Positions 21,401-35,679 of a DNA stretch of 64,000 bases are shown here, in pieces (position 1 is the stretch's first letter; every line of letters begins with the position of its first letter). This stretch comes from Asterionella formosa (lineage: Eukaryota): contig NKIB01012878.1 of the NCBI GenBank assembly GCA_002256025.1, forward strand, positions 1 to 64,000. Direction: 5' to 3'. The position numbers and the translations under genes were made by a program. The notes under the pieces are model-generated. The model did no database searches and had not been told where the DNA came from. It saw only the letters and a list, made by a program, of their open reading frames with translations.

Positions 21401-24400
21401 AAAATGCAAGCTCAAACTTTTAACGGTAGTCGCGATGGCTCTGCCGAAGTTGCTACAAATTTTGCCGAGACGACGGCGGTCTCGTTAAACGGAACGAACC
21501 GTTTTGCGGACGACGTGGACAGTCATATTTCCAATTCTGACTCCACTGTGGCCTTGCCTCAACCAATGTTTGTGGTTCCACTTCATCCTGCACCTTCTGG
21601 TACTTCAACAGAGGCTCTAGATGCGGCAGTTGCATTAGGGGCAGACATCGTTCTTCCCGAAAGTGAGGTTATTCTTTCGATAGATTCGTTGCCTTCTGCC
21701 ATCGGCGACAGCAATTGGAAGATCCGGAAAGAAGCATATATCCTTTTGCGACACTTACTTCACCAGGCCGCGAAAGGACTCAAACCTGGGCATTTGAAAG
21801 CCAATACAATTATGGAAGGGTTAGATGACCTTGTGGCTTCGATTGTTGCTGATAGAAATGCTGGTGCTCTAGACTTCGGTCTTCATTTCGCCATTGACTA
21901 CGCGAACTTCTCAGTAGGAGCAACCTCGTCTTCTCAAGCTGCAGCTGTTGTGAACTCTATTTTGAAAGGCGGAGGATTTTCTGCTTCAAGGGGAACAACT
22001 ACAAAACTTTGCTCAATCCTGACACTCAAGTTGATGGAAGTAGGTGCCGATGGATATCAATCGGTTCACTCAGTGATCAATTTGCTGCTCGAAAAAGGCC
22101 TCGCCTCTCGAAAACCGAAGGAAGTCCTCGCGACATCTGCTGTTATTCTCGATGCTGCGTTGGATTTCGGGGCTGGATGTCTGCCTCTCGCTTCAATTAA
22201 GTCCAGTGCATCTAAAATCTTGTCACATTCAAATTCGGTCGTCCGAGACACCGGTTTGAAAATCATTGCAGAAATTTGCCGTGTTTTGGGGTCAAAGGCT
22301 CCGCTACAAGATGTACTGGATGGCCTAAAGAAGGCACAATTGTCTCAATTGGATGAATTTCTAGCTGCTCAGGAACATGCGTCCCCTCCTAAGGTAGGTC
22401 TTCGAAACGCTCAATCAGGATTCTTGTCTACATCAGGTGATGCTTTGGTTGCGTTTGAACAGCAAGCGAAGGCTCTCGACGCTGAAAGATTCGCAAACCG
22501 ACCTGCGGTAAATTTGCTAGAAGAAATCCCACGGAGCGACTACTCTGCTAAAATCAAACTTGCAAAGTGGTCAGAGAAAGTCAGTGCGTTGGATGCTTTG
22601 CTTGGATGCGGGGGAGAAAAGCCATTTAAACTTGTGCAGCCGTCCTCTTCGGTGAATTATGGAATGCTAGTTGCTGAAATGCGAAAGCTACTGAGCCACA
22701 CTCATTTTGCCGTGGTCAGCAAAACGCTGCTAGTAATCGCAATGCTGGCTGAAGGTATTGGTGAAAAGATTTTTCCCAATTTGAGACCACTGCTCACGAC
22801 AATTCTCCAACTCTCAAAAGACAAGAAGCTCACAAAAAATGCAGGGTTATGCGTCGATTCCTTGTTTGGAAACGTTTTGAGCTTTGATAACTTGCTCGAT
22901 AAAGATGATTCTGTACCCTCTTTGCTTGATGAGCAAAAGCAAAAGAATGCATTAGTTCGTTCGTCATCACTCGAGTTTCTCTGCCGGTGTTGCGAAAGAT
23001 TAGATAGTGCAGGTCCTAAAGGTGGTATCAACGCTCGAACTTCATCGGTGTTGACGGATCTATGCATCGCCAAACTCGGAGATTCAGACGCATCTGCGAG
23101 GAAAGCCGCCACCGGAATTCTACGGTCACTTCTTTCTAATGGCGACCCTAGAATTGTAGATACTGCAGTCAGAGCAGTTGAGTCCCTCAAGTCCGAGAAT
23201 CCTCGCGTCTACGCTGCGCTCAAAGATGCAGGAACCACAGGAAACAAGCGTGAAGATACAGCACCAGCGCAGTCTTCGTCGGAAATACCTTCTGAAAGCA
23301 AACCCAACTTTCCCACTTTAGCAACAACAGCGACTACCAGTAATCGTTTCAATCAAGATAGGTCCATCCTTCCTACATGTGCGGAAACTGAGCCTCGTTC
23401 CAAAGTCATCACGACCAAGAAATCAGGAGCAATTCAGCAAAGGAATGCACACGGTCACGAGTCGAATCTGACAAATGTAGATGAGGCTATCGGGGTTTTA
23501 TCAACCCTTCATATACCGAATCTTGATTGTTCCATTGACGACGGTGGCGTCCTCGAATGTTTGAGGGACTCCAAGTGGCAATCTCGTCAAAAAGCAGTCA
23601 AGTCACTTGTGAACTACTGCGAATCAGATGAATTTGAAAAAGAATTTTCAAGTTCGTTTTCATCGGCCATACTGTTCGTCGTGAAGGAGTACACAAAAGG
23701 TTTCAAGGAATCCAACTTCAATATAGTAAAAGCCATAATGGAATTGATGAACATTCTTTGTGGATTACACGCAAGAAACGAAGAACCATTCCCTGAGTGG
23801 GCCAGTATGGAATGCACATTGTTGTGCGTCGACAGAATATCTGACAAAAAGCTGGCAGACAGTTCTCAAACGCTGTTGAGCGATCTCTGTACAATCAGAG
23901 ATCCAAAGGAAATCATAGGAACTGCGTTCACTCGGGTTTCAACCATTAAGGCCCCCGCAACTCACGAAGCCTTCCTGAAGTGGATGAGTTCGTTTTGTTC
24001 GGACTTCGGAATGTTCACGTTGACAGCTGATTTGAAGAATTATGTTCCTCCTCTACTGAAGGAACTCGAGAATTCTAATATTAATGTTCGCAAGGCCGCT
24101 CATTCTGTATTGGGGAGAATTCATGTTGAACTTGGCCCTCCATTCCGTGCGTTAATGCTTTCATCTGCTTCTGACACAATCAAAGCAGCAGTTGAAGCAG
24201 TATGCGCAGATAATCCATTCGATCCAAGAGCCGTGAACGATGTGCGCCCAAAACGATGCATTATTCTTCGATCATCCTCTACCGATAACGGTGTTAATAA
24301 CACTTATCAAGGAATCGAAGTTCCCAAGACTGACTTAGTCGCCGAACTTGGAGTTGACTGCATTGCGAAAATGGGATCGAGAGAGGGTAAAACAGCGTGG

Positions 24401-27400
24401 AAAGTTCGAAAAGAAGCGATGGATGAAGTCGACGCAGTATTAAAGAAATGTATTGGACTGATCTCGACTACACCTAGCCAGTTAAAAGCCCTTGTCGATC
24501 TACTCCGTGCTCTAAGGGAACGACTCACTGATTCTCAAAGCAATTTGAAGCCAATTGCAGCCAGACTGATTGGTTTAATTCTTGGCTCGGTTGAGAAGAC
24601 ATCGCAGGGGATACTTGGAAAGCTAGTGTTCGCCCCCCTCCTGAATGCAGCCATTAATGATGGCAGAAAACCCATGCGCGACGCTGCATTGAAGGCCTTA
24701 TCTGATGGGACTAAGGCACCAGAGCTTGAAGGTGGAGAACCAAATGGCCTCGCATTAGAATCTTTGATGGTTGCTTTTGTCGGTGAGGTAGGTCCGACAG
24801 AAATCAAAGCTGTTGGGCTCCCTGATTTGATCCACCTTATTACTGGTTTGGCTTCGTACCTACCGGATCTCGACAGTATTTTGGGCGTTCGTGCACAACC
24901 TGTGGGCGAAAAGTTCGCTGCAACTACAGTCGACTGTCTTGCTTCTTCGAAAGGAGAAACGCGGACGGCCACCGAGGAGTTGCTCAAGGCGTGCTTGGAA
25001 CATGGGGTGATTAGTGCTCAGACCTTGCGAACTGGAATAAATCATTTGAAGCCAGCGCAACAACGAACTGTAAGCCCAGTCATTTCTGGTTTGGTGAGTT
25101 CGGTTGGATTATCGTCGATACGGGTCGAAAAGGAGAACCGACCAATATCGGATCCTTCCCTGCTGAGTCGATCCATGTCGATTCCATCCAATACTAAAGT
25201 ACGAGCAACAGTTACCCGACCAGCCACTTTGCCTGATGTCAGTGCGACAGCATCTCGCAGTCAATTATTATCAAGGAAACCTGAACCATTTGTACGTGAA
25301 AAAGTTGTCGAAGGACATCCTTTAGGGAGCTCGTCAACTGGGGCAAAGAAGGTCCGAATCAATCGGAAACCAAGTTGGCCGGAGTATCCAGAGGAGCCGT
25401 CAGGAACTACGCAACTGTCGTCATTGAAGAAGCTCTGGACTTCCCTGCCTTCGCCCACTGCTGCTGCACTATTTCCTGAAGGGGGGATCAAGCAGCAAGA
25501 CGATGCCCATGTAGGATGCACTGTTTTGTCAAAGGCAATTCATACCGATTCAAAAACCGGAAGCGATGAAGTAATCCAGCATTTTGACCTCATACTCAAG
25601 TGGATTTCAATTTCTCTTTGCAGCAGGGAAAAGACTGTTGGACTACAAGCCATCTTGTCGCTGCTCATGGACCTCTTTACTTTCTTGGCAGAAAGGAATT
25701 ACACCATGCTTGACGAAGAAGCCTTCATCATTGTCCCCATTGTCATCGAGAAGGCTAGCATTGCCAAAGGCAGATTCAAGGAGCATTTTCATGACGCGCT
25801 CTCGCTTCTCGACTCCTGTGGAGTAATTTCAGATAAAACACTCGGATCTTTAATTTGTGTTACTGTCATTGAGCGATCACACCAAACTAAGGCTCGTGTC
25901 CTAGCATTTCAACAATGCTCAAGGTGCATTGAACGCATTGGTCTAGCCGGTATTGGAAAGAAAGGTCTGTTGCTCGCGACAAAGTCACTTTCTGAGGAGA
26001 CTTTGCCCGAGAATAGGACGGCGGTATTGGATCTTCTAGAATTTGTTCTTTCAAAAATGGATGGAGATGTTGACAAGCTCGCTCGTATCTGTGGTTCCAA
26101 TTTATCGGACAAATCAAGGGCACTACTGGAGGAGCGGTGTAGCCGGCGTGGTGGCGGTAAAATTCATGACGCGCACACAAAGCCTCCCTTGATAAACTTG
26201 TCAAGTCGTCCTAAGGGGCGGCTTGTGCAACCAAAAACAAAAAGCGGTATGACTTCAAGTCGAACTGAATATGGGAGCGTGCAACATCGTACTTACGACG
26301 ACGACGAGGGGAATAACATGGATGCTGCAGTGACTAGTGTATTTCGATCTTCACTTGATTTACGTCTTGGCGGAACGTCAGTTTTGTCCCCCCACACCTC
26401 CTACGGAGAAGGTGGTACTCTGTCGAATGGACCTTTCTCGTTTTCTTTCAACCCGGGTGCATCGTCCAGTCCAATGCTCAGTCCAGATCCAGGAGGAGAA
26501 ACCACCATTCCACTTGACAATTGTTCCATCGCACCCGCGCAGTCACTAACATCAACATATTCTGAAATCGAACACCATGCGTCGTCGATGGAATCCCCGC
26601 CTTCGCCAACTGGAGCAGCAGCTTCACTCCGAGCTCGTCTGTTGAAGATACGAGACAAACACCGCGCGAGTGATGAGCAGACCAGGCCGGTCCTACAAAA
26701 TTCATCTTATACAGCAGAGAAATCCCGTGAGTTGATTTCCCTTCGTTGCATATCCGATGAAAAACCAGATCGTGAGCAAAAAGGAAAGGTATTTGATCAG
26801 GCAATGGAAATTATTGAACAGCTTATTAGTAAAGCTGGTCCGCTGTCGGACGATGACCCAGATATACTGCGATGTATTTCAATATTGAAGAAATTTCACT
26901 GCGCTATTTCTACTCCTATAGATAGTCTTGATTCGGATTTGCAAGCCCTTCTAAGCAAGATCGAAACAACTACAACGACAACGGTCGAGAGCTTGACGGG
27001 AGTATTGAGTTTCGCTTTCACGTGTGGTCCTGACGACAAGGATGCTGGAATGTCGGTCTCTCTTCTGTCGGTTTCATTGGCAACGTTGATGGCACTTTTT
27101 CGACACGAGAGTCTTTCTCGGAAAGTATCTCAAGACGCTTTGGCACTCCTGATTCGCGAAACGGGCCAAGCGTTGCTGGATTCTCGTCTATCGGTTTCTT
27201 CGCATCGTGCGTCTAGTCTCGACGAATCCACAAGTTCTCAAATGGTTCGCGCCATCAACAAGCTTGCTGTACAAGCTTCTACTGGCTCCTGTCGTCATGT
27301 TTCTCTGCAAGCCTTAATGGCTCTCCAGCAGCAATTGATGCTCCAGGAAACTGAGACTCCAAACGACACAGCTTTCAATCGCAGGATTTCTCGCATTGTC

Positions 27401-28369
27401 ACTAAGCTCTTTGGCAAAGTGATCAAAGCCGAACAGGGAGAAGTTGATCCATTCTCGTCTGCCACTGTTGATATTGAGGCACTGATTTGTGCGCTTGAGG
27501 ACATGTTGGTTTCTGTTTACGAAGATCCCCGTGCAGCAACAACGCAAAACGAGGATGCCCGCTCGACTTGTGAAAGTATGGCTACCGTTTTGCTTCAAGC
27601 CATGACCTCCTCTCGCGGAAGCGTTGATATTCGTGACATTATGTCAGAATTGGAGATGGACTCCACTTCTCACCTGTCGTCCCTGATGGACTCTGTGACA
27701 CCGCAAGCCATGAATGATTTACTGCCTTCATCTTCGCAGATCCCGGCTTCATCGTCGCCTTCCAAGCATGCTTCGTCCAAGGACGTTGCCTCCCTTGTTT
27801 CTGCTGTTGCAAGTTCCAAGGATGGGTTAGATCGGGATGTTGCTGTGAACAATTTGAGACGTCACCGAGAACAAAACGGAGACGAAGAACTCAATGCTCA
27901 CCTATCCGAAGTCTCGGCAACATTCCGAATGTTTGTATTGCAGCACTTGAACGATATTCCACCTAGCACTAGTACCAGTATGAGTCCTATGATAGAAAGT
28001 ACATCAAGCTCCGCCGATGATCGTATGGCCGTATCGGAACGATTGCGTAATCTTCGATCGAAGCTCAATGCCACTGAATCTGCGACAATACAAGCATTTC
28101 AACCTTTGAATGCAACTGCACCCCCAAGTCCTCATTCGCGGCCACATTCGATTCCGTCTAGTCCTCGACGAGCTCAGTCATCTAAAATCCCTCCACCCAA
28201 AGCAGCAACGCCTTCCAAGGACAAATCTGTCTCGTCCCTGCGACAGAGATTGGCCGCAGCCCAGGAAAGCCGAGCCAAAGTTGATGAAGGGCCTGCAAAA
28301 TCTGCTTCTGGTCATGCTGCGGCACTTCGAGCAAGACTTGAAGCAGTCAAGCAGCAACACAATAAATAG
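18454..28369 (+). CDS. XMAP215/ch-TOG/MOR1-like TOG-domain microtubule polymerase with a repetitive N-terminal extension; interrupted in this assembly by a stop (20359-20361) and an NNN gap
   Basis: TOG-start motifs DSNWKIRKEA, AKWSEKVSAL, DSKWQSRQKA and TAWKVRKEA, HEAT-like repeats, and C-terminal LRARLEAVK resembling the ch-TOG tail. The upstream ORF is continuous with the 113-aa repeat array. Confidence 0.8.
19162..21318 (+). repeat. Coding tandem repeat, 339-bp (113-aa) unit, about 6 near-identical copies
   Basis: GGTGGGTTCAAGGCGAAT recurs at 19261, 19600, 19939, 20278 and 20617, with another copy after the NNN gap at 20839-20841. Confidence 0.97.
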
Positions 28370-28852
28370 CAAGAAGCCATAATGAATACTAGGTATATGT
28401 ATAGTCTCGACCTATGGCATTCCTCTGACATCTCAAAAAATAAAATCATACCCTTACCGCACATAAGTCATCCGTCGTGTCTTGATCATACTAGAACTGC
28501 ATAATGTTGTGCAATTCATGAAAAGTAAATAACGGTATTGTTATACTGTATTTCTGCCTTCATCACATCAACAAGCAATTCTTACCGTATTTTGTTCGCT
28601 GAGGAGAACAGACAGATAAGAATGATAGGGGTGATGCTTTTGTTGCTTCTCAATTCAATTCGTTCCTTTGAATGATGCCAACCATGATTTCATTTCAAGC
28701 CCATGATCACATCATCACACATAGTCTACTGCATGTGCGTGTAGTCTAAAAATCAGCATGGAATATATATAACATAAAATGCGACATTATCTAAAAGATT
28801 TTCTCAGAAAACGCTAATAAATATTTGACAACCCACTGTCGCCAACAAGCTG

Positions 28853-29360
28853 ATGATGACGCTCATTATCGTCCCTGATCTCCTGCCTCAACAGCCGTTC
28901 TACCGGCTTCTTGCTGACATTTTCTGTCTCCTTGATGATTCATGTACTGTGATTGGACCAATTTTAAAGCCCAACAACAACACGACTGAAGATGCAAGTG
29001 TGTGCTATCCAGACGAGAAAGCGTCATTGTGCCTACAAATGGGAGGGTCAAACATTGCTGATATCTTCTGTACCAATAATGGAACTAACTACTCTGTGCT
29101 AGGACCTTTCTGTTTTGTTGACTAATATGACAATGGTACAGGGTTTGTTTATGCCACATGTGACAATGGAACAGATGTGTGCAATGAATTTGTTGGTATT
29201 ACTTTGCTTGGGAGATGATGCCTTTTGCATCCTTGGAGGTGATGACTATGTCTTGATTGGACCTTTGTGTACAGATGTGTTGGCCCCTGGTGTATCCTTG
29301 TTAACCCCAACTCTGTGGGACGTGAAGAAATTTTGGAGGAAAGAGACTTGGGGATTATAG
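28853..29360 (+). pseudogene. Decayed Cys-rich repeat protein fragment
   Basis: Recurring motif (CTVIGPI, NYSVLGPFC, DYVLIGPLC) split across frames with stops. Confidence 0.35.
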
Positions 29361-30016
29361 TTGCCTTGTTAAGGGTGATTATACTATCATTGAACCTGTC
29401 GTATGGGAGCAAAGCTTTTCTTCAGACTTTGAACTGAGTGAAAACATGAATGAATCCAATGTGTTCCAAGTTTCAAAGGGGATACTACCTAGATAAAATA
29501 ACTTTACTCCTGCAAAGGCATGATTCAAGCAGTTATGCTTTAGTTTTCAAGTAGTCAGAAGGAGCATCACATAAACAGCAAGCATGAAAAAGTACTAGAT
29601 TTTATAAGGTAGCAGTCCTAGTAGTATGATTGTTTGGACCACCACACACACCAAGGACACTGTCTTGCCAACACCCAGTACACCAGAAGATTTATTCTCT
29701 TGTTGGCTGATTCCACTGAATATGTTTGACCACAAGGAAAAATAATAAATCAAAAAATACATAACTTCATCATGTAGTAGGAAAGTTTTTGGCAATAGCT
29801 ACATCTACCACTAGTACTAGTCAATAGGATGCCAGAAACTTCAAGTATCAACAGCATGGAAAGCTCCCTGATGTTGCTAAATGAATTTTGACTCTCTTCA
29901 TTTGGGGTACCAGGTGCATGGAATTATCCCAAATACTGGAAGCCTATTGAACACTTTCGGTTCGATTCCTGCATCCTCTTTCGTTTTCATGTAATCTCTA
30001 GGTTTCTGGGGGGGGG

Positions 30017-30026
30017 NNNNNNNNNN
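30017..30026. other. Assembly gap flanked by G and C homopolymers
   Basis: 10 N between a G run and a C run. Confidence 0.95.
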
Positions 30027-30677
30027 CCCCCCCCCCCGCTGACGAAAAGACAGATCCTGTTGTGCCGTCTGGACAAATAAAACGGTTTTAATTGTTTCTT
30101 TTCACAATGTGGGAACGAGCACGATTATTGGATAGCTTTAAGGTATTATAAGATTTTATTTTATTTCAACTTTTATTTGGCTGAACTGATGGTAAGCACA
30201 TGCAAAAGCATGATAAGATATGGTCGGTCCGTCCATCCGACAATGAAGCATTCTTCTACCGTATTGATTGATAAGGAACTTATTTCACGCCGTGCACTAA
30301 AAATTTGTCGTGCCGTCGCTCCCTATGACATGTCAAGACGGTTATGATGATGCCTTTTTGTCATCATTCATGAATCCATGCATGCATTATTCCCGGGTAG
30401 TTGAGCTTGCTTGGACCATCACTGTTTCGCTTGACAGAGAGTTGCCATCTCCTTGAACGGACACAACCCTCTCGTTGATAAGCTGTTTGGATCGATCATA
30501 GTTGCTGCTTAAAACCCACCATTTCCATTAGCGTTTGTTTTGGAATTACTACCGCACTCCGCGTAGAAAGCTACGGGCATTTGTACTGCAACAACGCTTC
30601 GCAAAAAGATACGGTTCCTTGACAGCTTGAAACCTTCCATCGTTACAGCCGCTCCCTCGCTTTGCAATCAATCGATC

Positions 30678-32018
30678 ATGTCGGATTCTGCGGCCATGCT
30701 GCCTGCCTCAACAGCGCTGCCGTCGGCCAGCAGGAACAGAACCACGTCCGTCGCTGGTGTGAACAGCAGCGCCACTGCTCCCAGTGCCGCCAATGGCGAG
30801 CAACAAATCTCTTACTCCGCGGAACGAATTATTGGCAACGGGTCGTTTGGTGTGGTCTTTCAGGCGGCTGTTGTGGAGACTGGGGAAATCGTAGCTATCA
30901 AAAAGGTCTTGCAAGACAAGCGGTTCAAGAACCGGGAGCTGCAAATTATGAGACAGCTCGTCAAGGATCCGCATTCGAACATTGTCGCCTTGAAGCACTG
31001 CTTCTATTCACAGGTGAGACAAGCAGGGGAAAACAAGCTTCTATCTTAGCATTACAATGTGACTAACATGCCGCTCCTTCCTTTGCCACAATCAATACAG
31101 GGTGAAAAGCCAGACGAGCTCTACCTTAACCTTGTTCTCGAGTATGTGCCAGAGACTGTCTACTCGATAAGTCGCTTCCATCAGAAATCGAAGATCACAT
31201 TGCCGCTGATTTACGTCAAACTCTACCTCTACCAGCTATCTCGAGCCTTGGCTCATATTCACGCACTGGGAATTTGTCACCGGGACATAAAACCTCAAAA
31301 CCTATTGGTCAACCCAGCCAATCAACAGCTCAAGCTGTGTGACTTCGGGTCTGCCAAAGCTTTGGTGAAGGGAGAACCTAATGTGTCATACATCTGTAGC
31401 CGGTACTATCGAGCACCTGAACTCATTTTTGGTAGCACTGATTACACAACTGCCATTGATATTTGGTCGCAAGGGTGCGTTGGAGCTGAACTACTCTTGG
31501 GGCAACCCCTGTTTCCCGGGGACTCGGGAGTCGATCAGTTGGTCGAGATCATCAAGGTCCTTGGAACACCCACGCGAGAGGAAATAAGTTCGATGAACTC
31601 TAATTATATCGAGTTCAAATTTCCTCAAATCAAGGGCTGTCAGTGGAAAAAGGTTTTTCGAAACAAAACACCTGACGAAGCCATGGAATTTATTGCATCC
31701 ACGCTTGCTTATACACCGGACAAGCGAATTTTACCTTTTGAAGGCTGCGCGCATCCGTTTTTCGATGAACTTCGACTGGAGTCAACTCGACTACCCAGTG
31801 GTGAACCGTTACCTCCCCTTTTTGATTTCACCACACACGAACTCGCTAGAGACCCAGAGATCATGGCAAAGGTAAGCCTATCAAACATTTCTTCATTTTT
31901 GGATCCTATGGAGTAGTAATTGACTTTACGGTGTCCTTCCTTTCAGATCATACCAGCATGGGTTAAAGCATCGCAAAAAGCTGCAGCCGACCTTGATTCA
32001 AAGCCGAGCAGTCGATGA
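30678..32018 (+). CDS. GSK3: Glycogen synthase kinase 3 / shaggy-like kinase; 3 exons (30678-31013, 31101-31871, 31947-32018)
   Basis: [43 protein letters not shown] and [12 protein letters not shown] motifs. GT-AG introns at 31014-31100 and 31872-31946 keep the frame. Confidence 0.97.
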
Positions 32019-32838
32019 GTATCACCTTAAGTCATGCAGCAATGTGGACCTTTGGATTATGAGCCAAATGACCCAGCGTTAATACCGAATGTGCCTTCCA
32101 TGCTCACTAATGTCATAGGTAGATGCATAATGTCACTCCAATGGTGAACTCATTGCCAGTATTCCAGCACAGTCGAACAAGGGTTTGATATGGCAGATAG
32201 CCCCTGAAGTCTTCCATTCACCATTTATTAAAGTGCTCAAACTCACACCCTGTAAACTACAATTTATATCCTGAATTTTGTTGTGATTTTCCCCGCCATT
32301 TGTTTGTGTGGGGACTATCATTACATTTCAATGGGATATACAAAGGTTTATTAGAGTGATCCTGTCTAAGATTCAGTTGCTGGTAACAGTATAGATTGAC
32401 TGATGATGAGACTCGTTCTGGGTTATTCTCTAGCTGTTTTTACTACTAAATTGTTTGCAGTCACTCCAATGTCATATTTTCAATTCGTTGATGCACTGTT
32501 CCGAACCCTAGCAGTTACAACTTATACGAGGAGCAACAGTGTACCCTACCAGAATTAGCCTAAATGTAAGTCATTGCATAGAGATTCAATTCACAATATG
32601 TGTTACGATATGTAAAATCATTGAAACTAAATCCATTGCCACAGTATGCCATAGGTATCATGTGCTTGTTCTTCGTCATTTTCGTGGCATTGCTAAAATG
32701 AACTCATGGCGGTTCTGTCCCCTAGAACACAATCATTGATAAGTCATTTATAGATTCATATCGAGAGTTTGCCGCAGTTTCCTTGGTAGTGGCGCAATAT
32801 CACCATCGATATCGAGTGAACATGATAAAGGGAGTTAG

Positions 32839-34460
32839 TTACTTGGTTTCTGGCTCAACATAGTGACTCTCCATAGTCGTGGAATGTTCATGACGAGGTG
32901 GATAGGCCACAGTATTCCAATCCGTTGAGGAAAAGGGCAAATAGTTTGACAATAAGGCATAATTCCCTTCTCGCCATTCCTCCCAGGAATCTTCTCCATT
33001 GCTCCTCGTCTGCTGCCATGTTTCTTCAGTGTTTGATTTTTGTCTGTTGTCCCACGGGTCTTCTGTCCGTTGAGACCAAAGCACGTCTTCACTACCGAGT
33101 CTTGCTCGTTGTCCTTCTTGAATTTGAAAACTCTGCGACCAACTGGTTTCTTGTAGATACGTGTAATCTGGTGCCCAGCTATGGTCCGTTGACACTTCAG
33201 TGTCTGCAGTTCCACAGGATTGGATAATCGATGAGGAAGATCGTGGGCGCCGTTGAAAAAAGGACCAAGAGGACCTTGACGACGACGTGGTAGTGTCTGT
33301 TCGTTGTGAATATTCCAAATTTTCTCCGGCAACAGGTTCCATGGGTTCTTCTGGCACAGGAGATGAGCGGCCAGAAGGAGATTTAGCTCGACGGGTCCAG
33401 AACCAACTATAATTATTTTGTTGGTGCTGTTGCCTAGACTGTTGCTCTTGTTGGTACGGAAAGGCATATGCAATTTCAGGGATTTGCTGCGCATAGGGGT
33501 TGTATTGCTGCAAGAGCGGTGCCGCTGCAAAAGGTGGCTTTCCGTTGTGATCCTTTTGTTGCTGCATGAGATATTCTTCCCATTCGTTGCGAGCTGCCTT
33601 GTACAAGTCCAGTGCCGCAATCGCGTCTTCAATTGGCGAATGAGGCCTTCCCTCCAACTGAATACACCGCCCCAAATGCTCCCAACATAAATCTCTCAGT
33701 CTCCTCGGTCGTGTCAGACCTGACCTTGGATCCATCTGCATATATGGCGCGTAGAGAGCAGTATCTCTTACATCGCACCAAGGATGTGTGAGACGCAACG
33801 CAAACAAATCGTTCTCCAAGGCGTGTCCAATGAGAATTTTCCCCCGGAGAATCGTTTCCACTTGCTCGCGTACAAGTTCAAAGGGCCTGGCGTTGGCCAG
33901 AGACTGCGACGAAACGCCACTGACATGGGTCCGGTAGTCCGTCACGGGCACAGGCACTTGGACAAAGGTATCCAAACAAATATCGTTCTCCCAGTTGACA
34001 ATCGTCACCCGCGCAACGGCACTGTCCAGACCCTGCTCGCCCACTCCCACCATTTCGCAGTCCAGAGCAAAGTACAAGTCAGATTTGGTCATGGGGGCGT
34101 CGTGGTGTTTCTTCGCAGGAGACGACTTGTGCTGCTTACAAGTCTTGTTCACGTCAGGCTGCATGGGTTCGACTTGAGTCATCTTGGGCCGCTGCTGGTT
34201 CCTTCTGCGTCGAGTACGTTTCGCAGGCTTCACTTCCTTGAGGTGCGAGGTCGCAGTAGTCGTCGCCTCGCCTGGGGCCGGACTGGGTAGATTTGGCTGT
34301 AGGGTATCCTCTGTACTGCTTTGTTTTTCCGCAGAAGAGAAGCTCAAAGTAAACTGATAAGCGCTGCTGTTAGCACGAAAGTCTCAGTTCACAGCGCAAC
34401 AAAAGTCAAACAGAAGTACAAGAAAACTCGATTTCTCCCACGCAAAAATCTTCTCACCAT
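32839..34460 (-). CDS. REX4-like DEDDh 3'-5' RNA exonuclease; predicted first coding exon is ATG only (34460-34458), intron 34457-34354
   Basis: ALDCEMVGVG, DYRTHVSGV, ILIGHALENDL, RDTA and HSPIEDA motifs. ATG|GTGAGA...CAG|TTT joins in frame. Confidence 0.88.
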
Positions 34461-35679
34461 GATACTGTTTGATTGTGCTACTTTCTATTGTTCTAGATGA
34501 AATCTCAACGTCATGTAATTGATAACTCTACCAGAAGAGAAACGAAGACCGGGAAGGCCTGGACGAGTCGAACAAATAGAAGTGAAGAATTGAACCGAGC
34601 GGTAATCCACAGAGCATATGAAAATTATATGATGAATAGTGGCATGCAGCCAACTCCACAAGAATTAGAGTCTACGTACAGCAGGAGTCTGCCACGAATT
34701 ACATTACCGGTACTGAAATACCGTATGTACGCTAGGTACACTCATCGGTTATACGTAGATCAAACGAAGCTAACCATGTGCCAGGTACCAGGGTACTCCG
34801 TACAAATACCGGTAGTTGAAGGTTGTTCCGGTATCGTATCGTAGGTTCGTCGAGGCCTGATAACAACCGGTAATAATACCGGTGGCAAAACTGACCCAAG
34901 CAAGCGATGCGTATGTACTATGACGTTGGGACTACGGTGCAACTGTTACAGGTAATTACCGGCAGTTTTATCATACTTGGAGTCATGGTACCTGTGTTGC
35001 CAGCGTTTCAATGGTCATTGCTTATGTACATACCGGCACATACAAATGATAAACATATTTATGGCTGAAGGAAAAAACTTCAAGTAGAAGAAATAAAATA
35101 AAACATATCCATATCCACGAGACAATACGTAGGAAATGGTCTTGACAAAATTATTCGAATCTATGTAGTCTATCGTGGAAAATCCTAACCGTTCCCAAGT
35201 TTGCATGACAACGAATGCGATTTATTTGCCATGGACGTCATTAAAAAAGGGCAATTGGGCGATGTTTTACATATCCGGCTACCGGTACATTAACGCCTGC
35301 TACATAAACGTTTCAGCAATCTTCAGAAAAGTTACATACAATCGTAGAAAAGTTACATACAATCGTGGAAAACTAGTTTGAATTGAAAATGGTCATGTTC
35401 AGCGAGACTCAAAATATTCATACATAAATATATGTATAATTGTATATTCAGATAATAACATCGTTTTGGAGAAATATATCGATGCACGCATGAATACATA
35501 CCACACATCTGCTCTATTTATCTCAATCATCATACCACGTATGATTTGTGTACCACACTGGAAACGGAAGTATAGGTACCTGTTACCCTGTACAGTATTC
35601 GCAATTTTTCGTACGTTTTCCAACCGGTTTTCGCCCACCAAATCCAGGCATACACTGTATTGGGAGCCACAAGGCTTTC

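Noticed and set aside
22702..27852. Many antisense ORFs within the TOG gene (and likewise within AK-HSDH, REX4 and PAP)
   Set aside because: Shadow ORFs of long, well-supported coding sequences.
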